From contig NW_014040211.1 in the NCBI RefSeq assembly GCF_001186125.1, positions 1 through 51,132 of the forward strand: a DNA stretch of 51,132 bases, in the 5' to 3' direction. The position numbers were made by a program, and so were the translations under genes. This document shows, in pieces, positions 11,092 through 35,977 of this stretch. Within the stretch, counting starts at the first letter, position 1. Every line of letters begins with the position of its first letter. The notes below the pieces were generated by a model, which did not search any database, was not told the origin of the DNA, and saw only the letters and a program-made list of their open reading frames with translations. This stretch comes from Sphaeroforma arctica JP610. Lineage: Eukaryota.

Positions 11092-14000
11092 GATAGTATT
11101 GACAATGCTCGAGTCGATGCCCCTGGACAGGCCCGTACAGCAGGCCAATCAACCCATTCGATACCTCAAAGTAATGGTGGTAGAGAGATCCCCACTAACC
11201 AAACGGCACAAGCCATTCAAAAGGCGGTCAAGAAACCACGGGCACCCCGCAAACCTAAGCCGCCAAAGACAAAACAGCCTGCAGGTAGGTAAATGTAAGG
11301 GATGTATGCTGCCAACTGACTGAACACCGTCATTAGCCTGTAGGTAAGTAAATGTGAGGGATATATACTGCCAACTGACTCAACACCGTCATTCGCATGG
11401 ACTGGGTACCAATTGGGTTTCGCGTGCAAGTGTGATCTGAGCTATTACACGCATTGAGTCGCATAGCCTTGGATCTGCAACCGGTCTTTTGCCACTGCGT
11501 TATTTCTCAAGTAGGTACCAATGTACCGGCAATCAATGGAGGAAATGCGCCCACTGATTCAGTTAGCGCCGCGACGGGTTCTGAAAATGCAGTAGCACCC
11601 GTTAAACCAGCCGGTAAAGTGGCCAAGAAGCCGCGAAGACCAAAACAGCCAAAGCCGAAGCAGGCCCCAGGTAGTGATTGTACACTATATCTCTATGCTA
11701 GAGCTCGGTCGGGCATAGATCTACTTCTGATTGATAGATAGATCTTTTTAAGATTAAAACTAATTCTGAGTTGGATCTTTGGTATTGGGCTTATCTTGCG
11801 GATGAACAGTGTAAGTGTCGAGACATTAACAGTCATGGTCAGTCCGAAGTCTCTGAGTGGTTTTACATATTAGCTAGATATACTCAACCGACCACTCCCA
11901 AAAGGCGCTGCAAAGAGCTTACGGACTGACGCACAGGCAGTGGGTACCGCTTCAGGGCCAGATGTGAGTTCCGAGGACCGCGAATTATTGAAGTTCACAT
12001 CCGCAGATAAAGCGGGTGTAGACATTTCCAGCAGGTGTCCAGAAAAAACAGGTGAGGTGCACGGGTGGGTATCAGTGCTGCATGTCTGTTGATATGTCCT
12101 CAGGGCACTACAGGTGTGCCTGCCTTGAACGAACCATGAGCATTGCAGGAGACACCTATTCCTGTGACGAATCTGCAATTGAATTCATCTGATCCCCTGA
12201 TCCCAGCTGACTTCTAGGCTCTCCAATTATTTTCTCCCAAGATGTCGACGCTGTGAATGGCACATCGGGTGAACTAAAGCGACCACGCGCAAGTGACCAG
12301 CCCACTGTGGTGAAGAGTGGCATCGTAGCAATATCACAGAGCGGTGTGGGCAGTGCCATTGGTCAGGTTGCTAAGCAACTGAAAAGAGCCAAAGTTGTGA
12401 AAAAAAAAGATGCCGGCAAGTCCCCTGGGAAAGTGGTTAAGACCAAGGCAAAAACGAAGCCTAAAAGTGTTGCGCTGACGGATGCTGAAGGTAGCGTGTG
12501 CGTACCACATAGACAGCAGAATTGGGTGCGAACGCAGATGCCACTGAAGCTTGCTATCTCGGTGATGCGATTGCATTTGACGGCGGAGGTACGTCAGTGC
12601 ACGTTGTAGTACCAAAGTTAATACACCAAGGTGCATGGGTATTTATCGCACCCACTTATACATGCCGTTTATTTTTTGTTTTTTCAACGAAAACCCCTGC
12701 TGCGCCGTTCGTCGTTCTTAGTCCAAGCAAAGCTGTTGGAATATCTGCGCGTACAGAACAGGCCGTACAGCGCAACAGATGTCTACAACAACCTCGGCGG
12801 AACTCTTGGCAAGACGGCGGTATGTGCACCAATTCCTGGACATATGGTCATAAGACTAATAACCATATGTATCCGCAATGCGGCGAAGTAGTATCTTATT
12901 CTGATAAATTTATATCGCGCGTGCATATGACTATCGGAATGGAACCTTTTCCCCAGCGATGCCACTCCTGTACGTACACGGCACGAAGTCTATATATTTC
13001 CGCCTGTTTGTGGCGGCTGGAACCAGGCGACCGAAACACCCTCGATGCTACTACTGTCTTCAAAGCGAGCTGTATTTCCGATATATAGTACTCATTGCGA
13101 AATGGACTGTCGAGCGTACATATTCTCACTTTTCGGGTATATTAGGTAACGAAAGCGCTCGCTGAAATGGCCAGTACTGACGCCGGCATCACTGAAAAGG
13201 TGTACGGCAAGCAGAAGGTGTACTGCGTCAAGCAGGTACAATACACCGGCTGATGCGTGTGTGCGCGACTGATACGAATGTGCTGCCTTATGTCTACTCA
13301 CGTACACGCCTAAATGCCTGTGTGTTGTGTGTTGTAATTTTTTATGCCTGTGTATCTTCGTGGATAGTCTGTGTCCATACGCGTGTGTGTCTTTACTGCC
13401 GCATGTGTATGTGTGCGTGCGAATGTGAGTGCCTATGTTGTTCTATAGTATTTCTTTCCGCAGCCATTTTCAGCCACAGGCGCCACAGATCGCTTACTAA
13501 TCAATCATGCCAGCACTCAAGAGGCAACTCCGTTTTTGGGAACTTTTGATTCAATTTTCGTGGAGTTATCATACAGAGCGATGTTGCGATAGAGCCAGGG
13601 TTGCTGCAAACACTGATCGAAAAATTGGAGACACTCAAAATAGAGGTGGCTAACCAGACGGGTGAAAAGGTTACGAAAGAGAAAAGTAAGGATGTAGATA
13701 AGTCAGGAGAATTGTCTTCGACTTGCAGGGTCTACGTGCATGTTGTCGACTACTCTGCGGTTAGCATGGTTGTAAGGGCACATCGCATTTCGAGTCTGTT
13801 ACGAGCTTTGCAGACCTTGGTCTTATTTAAGCTCAGTGCACTTGAGCGGTCGCTAGTAGATATTTGAACCGCACGTCGCGTGTGTACCAGGCACGTTGCT
13901 CATACTACCATTGGATTGCTATTTCACTTTTATAAACTTTTATAAACTTCGAAATAGACACTAATCACTTTCTGCTCAAACTTAACCGGACGATAGTCCG

Positions 14001-14892
14001 CGTCGAGTTGCTTTCCAAGCCAACCACCTCCCAGTTGGTGAGAGACGTATCGCAGCTGCAACACCGCAAGGCCACAGTAGAAGACGGGCTCAGGCGGTTA
14101 TGTGAAAGTATGCCTGTTTTATCGCACAAATACCACCTACAGGTCTAGCTATACTAATAACAGGAATTATTGGGGATGTGCTAGTGGCGTGTTGTAAGAT
14201 AAGCGTCTTGTGGGCTATACGGGCGATTGTTAGAATGCTTAATGAAGTACCGGCTGCACGGATTACAGGCACATCCTCATACACCGCTGACGACGTACTG
14301 AGAATCGCAACGGATGCCGCAGACGCAACCGCAAAACTACTCGAGAGAAAGCGTGAGGTTAGTCTATTTATGTAGCTGCAAAGAGGTGCTTATGACAACG
14401 CTCAAGGATGGGTAATGCACTCACATTCTGGCCTTTTTGGTACAATATAGTGCGTGATATAGTTCGCACGACTGTACGCATGAGGCACGTACAAGGATTG
14501 CTTACATAGCCACCTTTGCATACTATTCTATACTGTATTGCCACCGGATTAATGTGCGTCGTTGGTTCCGTAGGCGACGTCAGTGTATCCTCGTGACATT
14601 CAATCGATCACAATAGGAAAAACAGTACACCAATACTGAGCATAAGCCATTGGCGATGAAGGTTTCTGAAGTTTGATTCTCGCGTGAGAGACGCATGTAC
14701 TCGAGCACCCAACTCTAGGAGTGTTGCATCAACCAATCAACGTCACCTAATACAAGGTTTTGCATCACATTCGAGCAGTGTAATAATATGGTGGACGTGA
14801 TTCTGGAGGGGTATGAACAGAAGAGACAGTATCTAATTACGGAAATTGGGATCGAAACCGACGAGGACGCCGGATTTGTAGCAAATAGATGA
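11092..14892 (+). CDS. HOP2: Homologous-pairing protein 2 (HOP2/TBPIP/PSMC3IP) with N-terminal low-complexity extension; 5' end uncertain
   Basis: Phase-compatible GT-AG exons: 11092-11284, 11515-11670, 11878-12051, 12242-12490, 12722-12819, 13146-13235, 13577-13685, 13997-14107, 14269-14357, 14779-14892. The core reads LLEYLRVQNRPYSATDVYNNL..LGKTA|VTKAL...EKVYGKQKVYCVKQ, then a coiled coil, then ILEGYEQKRQYLITEIGIETDED at the C-terminus, all characteristic of Hop2. Confidence 0.92.
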
Positions 14893-15836
14893 ACTTCGAC
14901 GCCACAAGGTTTTCTTATACGTGCATTCAACACCTACCAATACGAAACTTCATCAAACGGGCATCTTTGAACACATACACACAAGTATATACGCTGCTAA
15001 AGTCATTTGCGACTGTTCGAAGACAGAAGTCAAGTCGCAGCAAGGGCGAGGCTTCGGCGCAAGCAGTCCACCCAATATGACCAAGAACGAGACAATTGTA
15101 GTACATATACCAATGCATGATGTGGGACAAGGCTAAGTATGAAAGCTCTAGAAAATATTCATACCCACGAGTAGACATACGGTTGTGATCTAAATGCCTG
15201 GGATGGTAACATAGTGACAGACTTGTAGGCACAAAACGGCCTTCATCGTTCTACATTTCCACGCAGTATATTGTACAGATTCTCGCAATATTAATAAAAG
15301 TGACTTTCAAGAAGCTTTTCAATGTTCGGTTCATGAGCTCGGCAAAAGATGAAGTTATAGAGCGAACATGGATTTTCGAGTGCATCTATGTGTACTTAAA
15401 CATACATACACATAACTGGTACATACGACAATTGAACTTCCGAGTTTGCTGAAGGTGCAAAATGCCAAAGCATTTAAAAAAAAATACGCGCGCTTTTTAG
15501 GAGGTACCTATTTGTACACCAATCAAAACTCCGCCGATCGATTTTTTTTTTCCCTCTCTAAAAAAACTCTGCACAGATACACTGTGAAGTGGGAACCCTC
15601 CGATGCAATTGATCATGATGTCGGGTTCAGTCACAGTGGTAGACTGAGGGCCATGCACCCTCGCTACATAGTCCAAATAATTACAAATGTATTTTTTATT
15701 TAGCTACAGCTCGGTTGACACCGGCTTATGTATGTACATACCACTGCTCACCAGATTGGACGCCGAGCGACGACACGCCCTGACAGTCTGACACCAACTC
15801 ACACTTGGTACATAGTAGCGCAGCTGGCTAGATACG

Positions 15837-26969
<11,133 letters not shown>

Positions 26970-28703
26970 GGGTGACGGTCTGAGATTTTTAGAATGAGCA
27001 TAGTCGAAGGAGAAGGTGCGCATGACTCGGATCTTCCTGGAGATTGCATATGGGGGGGGCAGGTGCGATATAAAGCATTAGACACCCCTGGCCGTATCAT
27101 AGAGTTGCTGGCAACTCGGGGATTGACGAAGGGTACTATCTGGTGTTATCAACAGATGCTACGATGATAAGTACATCTGCTACAAATATTTCCGTGAAAT
27201 AGCTTAACCCTACTACACCGAATAGATGAAGCCTACGACACCTTAGCTTATCACCACTGATTCGTGTGTAGTGTGAAGTACGATAGCATGATCGAGTGTG
27301 TGGGCTCATACGTGAGGATTCAGTAAGAGCTCTGTACGGAATGGTCCCGTTTAACGTTCCACTACATATCCAAAAGCCTACTATCAGTATGACCAAGGCA
27401 TCCCGCACAAGGGCCAGGACAGGGCACCCATAGGCCAGGACAGGACACCCATAGCGTACATCAGCAATATAACTGGCAAGACACAGCCGGCCAGAAATCT
27501 GAACAAGATTCGAATTAAAGATAGATAATTGATGATTGTCTAAGCTAGGTCAGTCTGGACATTCTGGCCAATATGGTCACAACTAAGTGATGCTAAAACA
27601 TAGAAGGTAAATATATGTGTTGCATCTTTAGATATTTTTTACAATAGGACTCATGGTTGCCTTATAAATGTAGTAGGTATGACAAGGTTTCATCTGCAAA
27701 CTACAAATCGTATGAGCTTCATCTTTGCTCTCTTTATTGTTCACTAGCGGTGTCGGCAATAAAATAACCGTTTGAGGTTCCAGTGTGGGCCCGCCTATAA
27801 ATAAAAAGAACATCGCATACTCTGTAGACCACGGCATTACTATATCAGATTGGTCGGATATGAAAGATAAATAGTTGAGCAAAAGACGGATATATAGGTT
27901 TCAAATATATATTATTTTTAGCCATGGTGCGATCGATAAAGTACGGATATCACCCCCAAGAGTTTACAACCTTCTCTAGATGAGAAGGCAAAGTTAGGCT
28001 GAACAGCTCCCTCGAAGAGACAGGGCTGTCATTCAAATCTCAAGAACGACAGACCTCCGAGTCAGATAAAAACGCTTATACGCGAGAGGATCTATTATTG
28101 TATATAAAAGAGTTCCAGCAGAGCAGAGTCTACTGAGTATTTACACATCTACTGAGTAGCTACACACATCAGTAATAATACGGTTCTTTGTTTCAATGTT
28201 TTTGAGACCTGAATGATATGTAAGTCCCCCTTTCCACATGTGCGAGAGAGAATTAAATTCGGCATTTGGCAATCCTTCACTGCACTGAATGCAGTGATTC
28301 TACTGCAGTGACTGCACTGCGTAAATATGTCTGCTGTACATCCCCCATTATACAAATATGTATAAATACATTTATTTATTTATGTATTTATTTTTACTTG
28401 CAGTATGATACAGTAACAGTGTGTATGGTACTTTTTGTAATAAATTTTTATTTTTAAAAAGAACACATAATTTTCTGTTGAAATAAATGAGTAACAATGG
28501 CATGGCAACGTACTCGACAGCCAGGTCCCATCACTCATACTCATCTCAGAGATTTTCATACTCGCAGGTATGCAGGCTATAGAATCATGAAAAAATACAT
28601 GAATGAATGACTGAATCAGAAGCTTAGCATATCAACGTGTACTGTGTGTCCAGGACACGTTCGATAATCACCACATCATAGTAACTATTATCTGATCTTC
28701 AAT

Positions 28704-29238
28704 ATGGGTGGTAAAGCAAGAGTGAGTACCCGATGGGTGTTAAAACTCTGTGTGTTCATCGTATTTATCGCGGTTGGGATGTGGAGTTTCAATCGAATTA
28801 CGGGTCGCTCGCACAAATACGCGCAGAGCTCACATACAGATGAAGAAGGCGATAAAAATGAAAATTTGGGTTTCTTGAACTATTGGAACAAAGCTAGGCA
28901 ATATGTCCAGGATAGCAATAGCGCAGAGGAGAACGCAGTGGCCGGAGTTGCTGGATTCGCTAACGAAGCCGTACCTAATGATGACTCAGGTATCCTTCGA
29001 TATATACATATATGTATGTATACATATATATNNNNNNNNNNNNNNNNNNNNNNNNNNNNNNNNNNNNNNNNNNNNNNNNNNNNNNNNNNNNNNNNNNNNN
29101 NNNNNNNNNNNNNNNNNNNNNNNNNNNNNNNNNNNNNNNNNNNNNNNNNNNNNNNNNNNNNNNNNNNNNNNNNNNNNNNNNNNNNNNNNNNNNNNNNNNN
29201 NNNNNNNNNNNNNNNNNNNNNNNNNNNNNNNNNNNGTG

Positions 29239-29277
<39 letters not shown>

Positions 29278-32200
29278 ATATGTATATATACCTGTAGAGC
29301 TAAAATCTTTCTACCTGATAGCTAATAGTTATGACATACTGTTCGACGATGTGTAATAGCATGTATTTCGTACACATGTACATAGGCATACATATAATCA
29401 ATTTTCACAACTGTACATGTATAGGCATATTTGAGAAAATGTATATATATGTATATGTATATATACATATATATATATATGTGTGTGTGTGTACATATAT
29501 ATAAATATCTTTATATATATACATATATCATGTGTATATATATATGTATGTATATCTAGATCTAGATCTGTGTCTGTTAGAATACAAATATGTATATATT
29601 TCCATATATATATATATATATATATGTGTTATAATATAATATTAATATTCTATATATCTAGATCTAGATCTGTGTCTATTAGTATACAAATAAGTATATA
29701 TATACATGAACATATGTATATATATATATGTGTGTGTGTGTGAGTGTTGATATATATATATATATTTGTATTTATATATTTATGCATCTATGTATATTTT
29801 TATGGTTGTGCGTGCTGTATGTATAAATGTGTGTGCTAAAGTGCGTGTATTTTTATATGTATTCGTTTTTATATTTCAAGAAGTAATATTATGCATATAG
29901 ATTTACATATTTATGTGTGCGCATTGCATTCTATAAAAATATTCTCATGGACATCTGACACCTTTCTATGTGTGTATGAAACTATCGAATTAGTTGAGTA
30001 TGTGTATATATATGTGGGTGGGTGTGTGTGTATGTATGTATTGAATAGTCAACAGATTTTGCAAACAGAAAATGGAAGTGTACACAAATTCATTTGAAGC
30101 AATTTATATAGTACATGATCATATACTGATAGTACAAGTATATGAAGACAACAAGTACGTACTTTCAATTGGCTTTTATTTTGACAACTTTTAGCCTTTA
30201 TAGCTATATGCGGATCGGTACGGCAATAGCAGACACTTACGTGTTGCTAAGCATGTACGCACGACAATGGAAGGTCTTTGTTATACCATACAATGCCGAT
30301 TGTATGCTACGGGCTATAGGTCAAAACTAATAACAAACTGTGTCTTGTATGAGTTAGAGATGGAGAAGGGAGACATGCGTGAAACCAACCTCGGTACCAA
30401 AGGACGCGCCCTAGCCGATGAAGAAGACCAACTAGAATCATCCCAGCAAAAGGTACGTACCAATGTGACTGAGGAGTTGCAAATTACAACCAGCAGGTAA
30501 AACGCCGTGTTTCCATCTGTGTACGCTGGCACCCGCACTAACTATATACATTAAGCGATGTAAACAATTTTGATACGCGCGAGCGGTTTTATCATAGAGC
30601 TAGGGTAATGACTTGGAAGACATCTGTATAGTTTATCGGTATAGATTTAGAAGTCACCTGTGTATTACAGGGCACACTCTTAGCTCCCATGGTACAGCAC
30701 TTGCATAGTCAGCTATTATGCGCCTATGTTCAGAACCTCGGCGTTGTGCTACACGATATTGGGAGCTCTATCGGTGGCACCTCCGATGTAAATAAGGATA
30801 GAGTCATGATCCATGCACTGAGCCTCACGCGTGTGAGTTCAAATTTACCGAATATCAGGCCCCACTTGTGACGTCAGTATATGTGTGTTTTGCACGTGTG
30901 TAGGGCCTCTCTTTAGGTGTTCAGCTCCAATTTTAACCTTTTATGTGGCTCACCAAAAGTGCTCAGGAAATGTGGGTTGGATAGCTAGTGGGGTTGAATT
31001 AAAATGCGGATATCAACTCAATCCTATCCAAAAATTACTTAAAGGCCAAGCAGGGTACAAAAGAGCTTGATGGAGATTATGAAGAAGAAGAAGAGGATGA
31101 GGAGGGAAACGAGGTGCATGACAGTCACAAACAAAGTGACGAGGGAACGAAAGAGCTTGATGAAGATAAGGAAGCAGAGGTGCATGATAGTCACAAACAA
31201 CGTGACGAGGGATCAAAAAATATTGACGAAGATAAGGACGGAGACGTGCATGATGGTCACAAGCGAAGTGACAAGGGATCAAAAAATATTGATGAAGATA
31301 AGGAAGAAGAGGTGGAAAAGGAAGGAGAGGTGGATGACAGCCACAAACAAAGTGACAAGAAACACAAGTCAAAGGTATGGCAGCAAGTCAGTCTTCTGCA
31401 ATGTTACACAATCATCGACACTCCATGGCTATGATGTGCTTGATAGGCACTAGATATTATATGCATTCTGAACATGTATTGCATCTCTCAAAGTGTTAAT
31501 TATACAACTCTACTTATATGTATATGTATGTGACACCCCGACGTGTCGAGGACACGTGAATGGTATAGCTGTGTATGATTGGGGTTGAGCTGCAAATGCC
31601 TACTAAATCGTATGCCAAATGCTCGCTAGGCCAAGAAGGAGACTACAGAGCTTTACGAAGAAGAGGAGGAAGAAGAGGAGGAAGAGGTGCACCACAGCCA
31701 TAAACACAGTGACAAGAAGCACAAGTCAAAGGTGTGTGTGTAAGTCTGTGTTGTAGAATGCAGTGAATTCATCAATGCTACTCGCCTTTGGCACATACAT
31801 TAGACACTCCAACTACACACCCTAGATGCACAGCAAGGAAATCCCATTTCAAAGTCAGACTGAGATTTATCAGTCTCTATTTTTCTATCGATATACTCGT
31901 TGTCAGTGATGTGGTGTGCCTAAACAAGTCACGAGAAAACTTTACGTCCGACCTCATACTGGCCTTCTAATACCATCCGTCTGGGTCCTACAAATGGCAC
32001 TCTAGAGCACTGACGTGGATCACGCGGTACGAGAGTTCACCATGGAAGATCCGGCTACTATATTTGTAATGGGCACTTTCTTTGGCTTCCATACCTACCT
32101 CCACGAGGCCCATCTGTTCAACTACACCAAGCAGTGCAAGGTGCCCTGCCGCTTCATCACCAGGTAGGAGTTGAGTATATCGTAGCACTCATCGCACTCT

Positions 32201-35200
32201 AGTTAGTACATACATCTATGATAGATACTGTGTCTTTGTCATTACCAGATAAGTGATGAGTGGATCGTGGCACTCATTGCATACTAGTTAGTATATATCT
32301 ATGGACACGATGCTATGGACACTGCTTGCGTCTCTGTCATCATCAAGAAAGAGTTGAGTACATCGTAGCACCCATTGCATTCTAGTTAGTATATATCTAT
32401 GAACACGTTACTGTGGATACTGTGTCACTGCCATCAAGAAAGAGTTGAGTATATCGTAGCACCCATTGCATTCTAGTTAGTATTTATCTATGAACACGTT
32501 ACTATGGATACTGTGCTTCTGTCTCTGGTATATAGACATGCTGGTGTCGAATCTCGTTGTAAGTGTATTGATTGCATATGCATATTGAAATATTTAAAGT
32601 CGATCTGTGAGTATGTATACTCACAATCCATGTAAAACATCAACAATACAATTCGGTTTCAAATGTACGCTAAACCCACGCTATTTGTAAACAGATTTAA
32701 CCCCAAAGAGAAGAAGTGTGTAACTCATGCGCCCCGCGACGACACGAGAATACCATACGGAGACTGCGAGAACGCTTTGGAAGAAGCGGACATCGTTCTT
32801 CGTCATAAGCAGTGGAGATACTTAAGCGCAGCCGAGCCACACAAGGTAAAGTCTATACTGTACGTATAGTATACTGTTTTCTAGGGGTCTTCATATACCC
32901 CTAAAGTGCCCGTATCTTGGTTCTGTGCGTGTGCCTATGGCCTGTTTGTTAGTACGTTCTCTGTCGTAGTCGTTATGCTGCGAGTTTTGCCAACAAACAT
33001 CATAGCGACACACAGATTGTCCACAGTATAAATGTATCTATAGTTCTATTTTTACCTGGATCTATAAACGCCGTAGCGACACACGGATTGTCCACAGTAT
33101 AATGTATCTATGGTTCTATTTTTACCTTGATCTATAAACACCATAGCGACACACATAGATTGTCCACAGTTTAATGTATCTATGGTTCTATCTTTACCTG
33201 GATCTATAAACGCCATAGCGACACACACACAGATTGTCCACAGTATAAATGTATCTATGGTTCTATCTTTACCTGGATCTATAAACACCATAGCGACACA
33301 CAGATTGTCCACAGTATAAATGTATCTATGGTTCTATCTTTACCTTGAACCATCGGGTCGCCGATGACTAACCTCTCCCGTCGATGCCCACGAAATTTCA
33401 GGAAGGTCAAAAGACGGCTTTCCTGACTATTGAAAGCGGACACTATGCACCAGATCTGTGGGACAACCGCCGCCTGGGCCAAATTGAGATGACCTTCAGG
33501 AAGAAGGCGGACATCCGCGTCAACTACTTCTCCAACGAATTCAGAAGTGTATGTTCAATTGGAGTGCATGGTGATTGCCGTGGTGTGCTTACTTGTGTGT
33601 AGTGATGTGTTGTTAAGGTCATCGGAATGATACATGCTACTACATGGATGCTTCTAGCTATAGGTTAAGTGACGATGTATGCGATGGAAGCCATACGACG
33701 CCACTAATATATCAACCGAGAATCGTTTTTCATCACCATTCTAATGATATACGAAGAGGCTACATTTATACATATATGTGCAGGCTACTAGAATGAATTA
33801 GTGAGAAACACGCGCGGTCATCTCGTTTTTCAGAAGCGCTCGATCGCTGACAAGCACTGCGACAAAGGCAATTCATAAGATCACTCCTATTCATGGGTTG
33901 TATCATGTCCATTCCCTGCAGATTCCCGATCTCTACCACAAAGTGTCTCATTCGCTCGTGAACAAAGCGAAAGTGGGCGGTGACATGGCACTGGCCACGG
34001 CGTTCATCTCCAACTGCATCAAGCACAGAGCCGACTATGTGCAACGCATGGAGAAGGCTGGCATGAGTGTAGATATGTATGGCCTGTGCGATGTGCTCAG
34101 AAACAAGGATGAGAATAAAGACATCAAGAAGTATGCGAAGGGAGGACGGATGAAGAAGGCGGACCGCAAGCAGTTCCTGAGTAGCATGCACAAGTTCATC
34201 CTGGCGTTTGAGAACAGACAGGTCGACGACTACGTGACCGGTAAGGTGGGAGTGTCGTGTTACCTCGTTTATCAATTTTGATACAAATGTGTAGTAGAGT
34301 ACGTAAGCACCACAGGCATGAATGAGAGTGTGAACTTATTGCCTTTCCGAGTGTGTACCTGTGTGGGGTTGGTACTGTCGCACGCACTTCTACAAACCCT
34401 TCTGGAGTTTTTGTGCAGTGAAACTTCCAGTGCGCATGTCGTTCAGGTTGATTTTCTGTAGCTGTCAGTCAGTCTACTGCATTCTTCAACTTCTTCACCG
34501 TATGTACTCTATATATATATATATATAACGTATATGTGTATATGTATATGTATTTTTTACCAGGCTTACTTTCCCATCCCCAAGAGATGTGTGGAAGGCA
34601 TCCGCAACTTTTATCCGCCACATTAGATATCTGAACCGTGGCATACATTTTCAAACAGAGAAATTCTTCCAGGCGCTCGTGTCAGGTGCGTTGCCTATCT
34701 ACCGTGGAGCCCCGAATATCAAGGAGTACGTTCCCAATCTGGACTACCCATCATTCATCAATGCGGATGCCTTTGAGACCCCGGAGGACCTCGTGAAGTA
34801 CATGAATAAGGTGGGTAGCTATATGTGACACTGGTTCTATACAATGCCACACACGCTTAAAACTATATGTATTGGAACACGTGGTGGATAGCATCATAAT
34901 ACACGAGATAGTCCGATTTGAGCTCCGCCTCGTGTGTGCCCTGCACGCGTAGGTTATAATTTTGTCCTCGAGAGCGGAAAAAGGGCTAGCGATGTGGAAG
35001 GTGTTTGGTGGGATGCCTACATGTATACGTAATTCAATGCGCATGCACACCAAATGCGGTTTGCTTATCAAATATTGAGCTTGGCTTCTTGGAAAGGTTT
35101 TGGATTGTCTTAGTCTCGAGCAATATGTTACCCATCTACTTAGCTATCCCTGATGCTTTCATTGAGATGATGTTGCACCTACAGCGTTTTTTGTATGTAG

Positions 35201-35977
35201 CTTCTGTATAACATAGCAACCACAAAGCTCCATACCACACGCCTCCCTGCCTCCCTGCCTCCCTTACGATGTGATGTTCAGTGTCGTCAAGTCAAACAGT
35301 CATTAGAATATTACTACTACTATGATATGAGTATCAGTACCCGCGGGCACTACCAAACCAACACCACGGATAGTCTGTGGCGTACATTGATTGACAATCG
35401 CTTCTGACCGCTTTGCTTGGCCTATGCCACATGTTTGGACCGCTGTAGGTGGTAGCCAATCAGACGCTCTATGACTCGTACTTTGAGTGGAAGAAGAAAC
35501 CGTTCAGGAAAGAGTTCCTGGATTTGTTTACCTGGTCTCGCGATACCATTCCATGCAGGGTATGTTTTCTTCTTCTTCTTCAGATTTTGCCTAATTTACC
35601 CCGTATTACTACTTATATAACTGTTTCATATAATTGCGTGTTTCAATGTGCACAAACACATGTAGTCAGGTGTTCACTGGTAACGTTTTTTTAAAACGTA
35701 CACAGGCGTATACTTTGTTGCGTGGGTTACTGCACTAGCGTCGTTCGGTTGGTTGTAATCTGCATTTGCACACCAATCAACCCAGTCTCTTAAGTCAGCA
35801 CTGACACGATTTCTTCGTTGGCTGTTGTAGATATGTGAGTATGCTCAGAAGCAGTACGACGTGCAGGGCAAACGCTATTTGATTGACGGCCGTGACTTGG
35901 CCGAAGAAGCTCTAGTGCACTACATGCAGGAAACAGACGACAAGCATGCATGGAAGGCACAGGAAGGCTACAACTGA
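28704..35977 (+). CDS. Alpha-1,3/1,4-fucosyltransferase (glycosyltransferase family 10), type II membrane protein
   Basis: Exons: 28704-28989, 30358-30452, 31045-31374, 31630-31731, 32006-32163, 32695-32845, 33402-33548, 33922-34240, 34659-34810, 35449-35559, 35831-35977. It has an N-terminal TM anchor (VLKLCVFIVFIAVGMW) and an acidic stem. GT10 motifs include FISNC, KFILAFEN..DDYVTEKFFQAL..GALPIYRGAPN, SFINA..F, and LY.SYFEWK. Confidence 0.92.
32155..32520. repeat. ~85-100-bp intronic tandem repeat (4 copies) starting at a fucosyltransferase exon end
   Basis: The block catca..a(g)..gagttgagta.atcgtagcac.cattgcattctagttagta recurs at about 32155, 32240, 32341 and 32432. Confidence 0.85.
32998..33346. 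repeat. ~70-bp intronic minisatellite (about 5 copies)
   Basis: The unit catagcgacacacagattgtccacagtataaatgtatctatggttctatctttacctggatctataaac is repeated. Confidence 0.92.

Noticed and set aside
15478..15498. ACGCG (MCB-like) palindromic element upstream of MCM6
   Set aside because: A single short motif cannot be distinguished from chance without comparative data.
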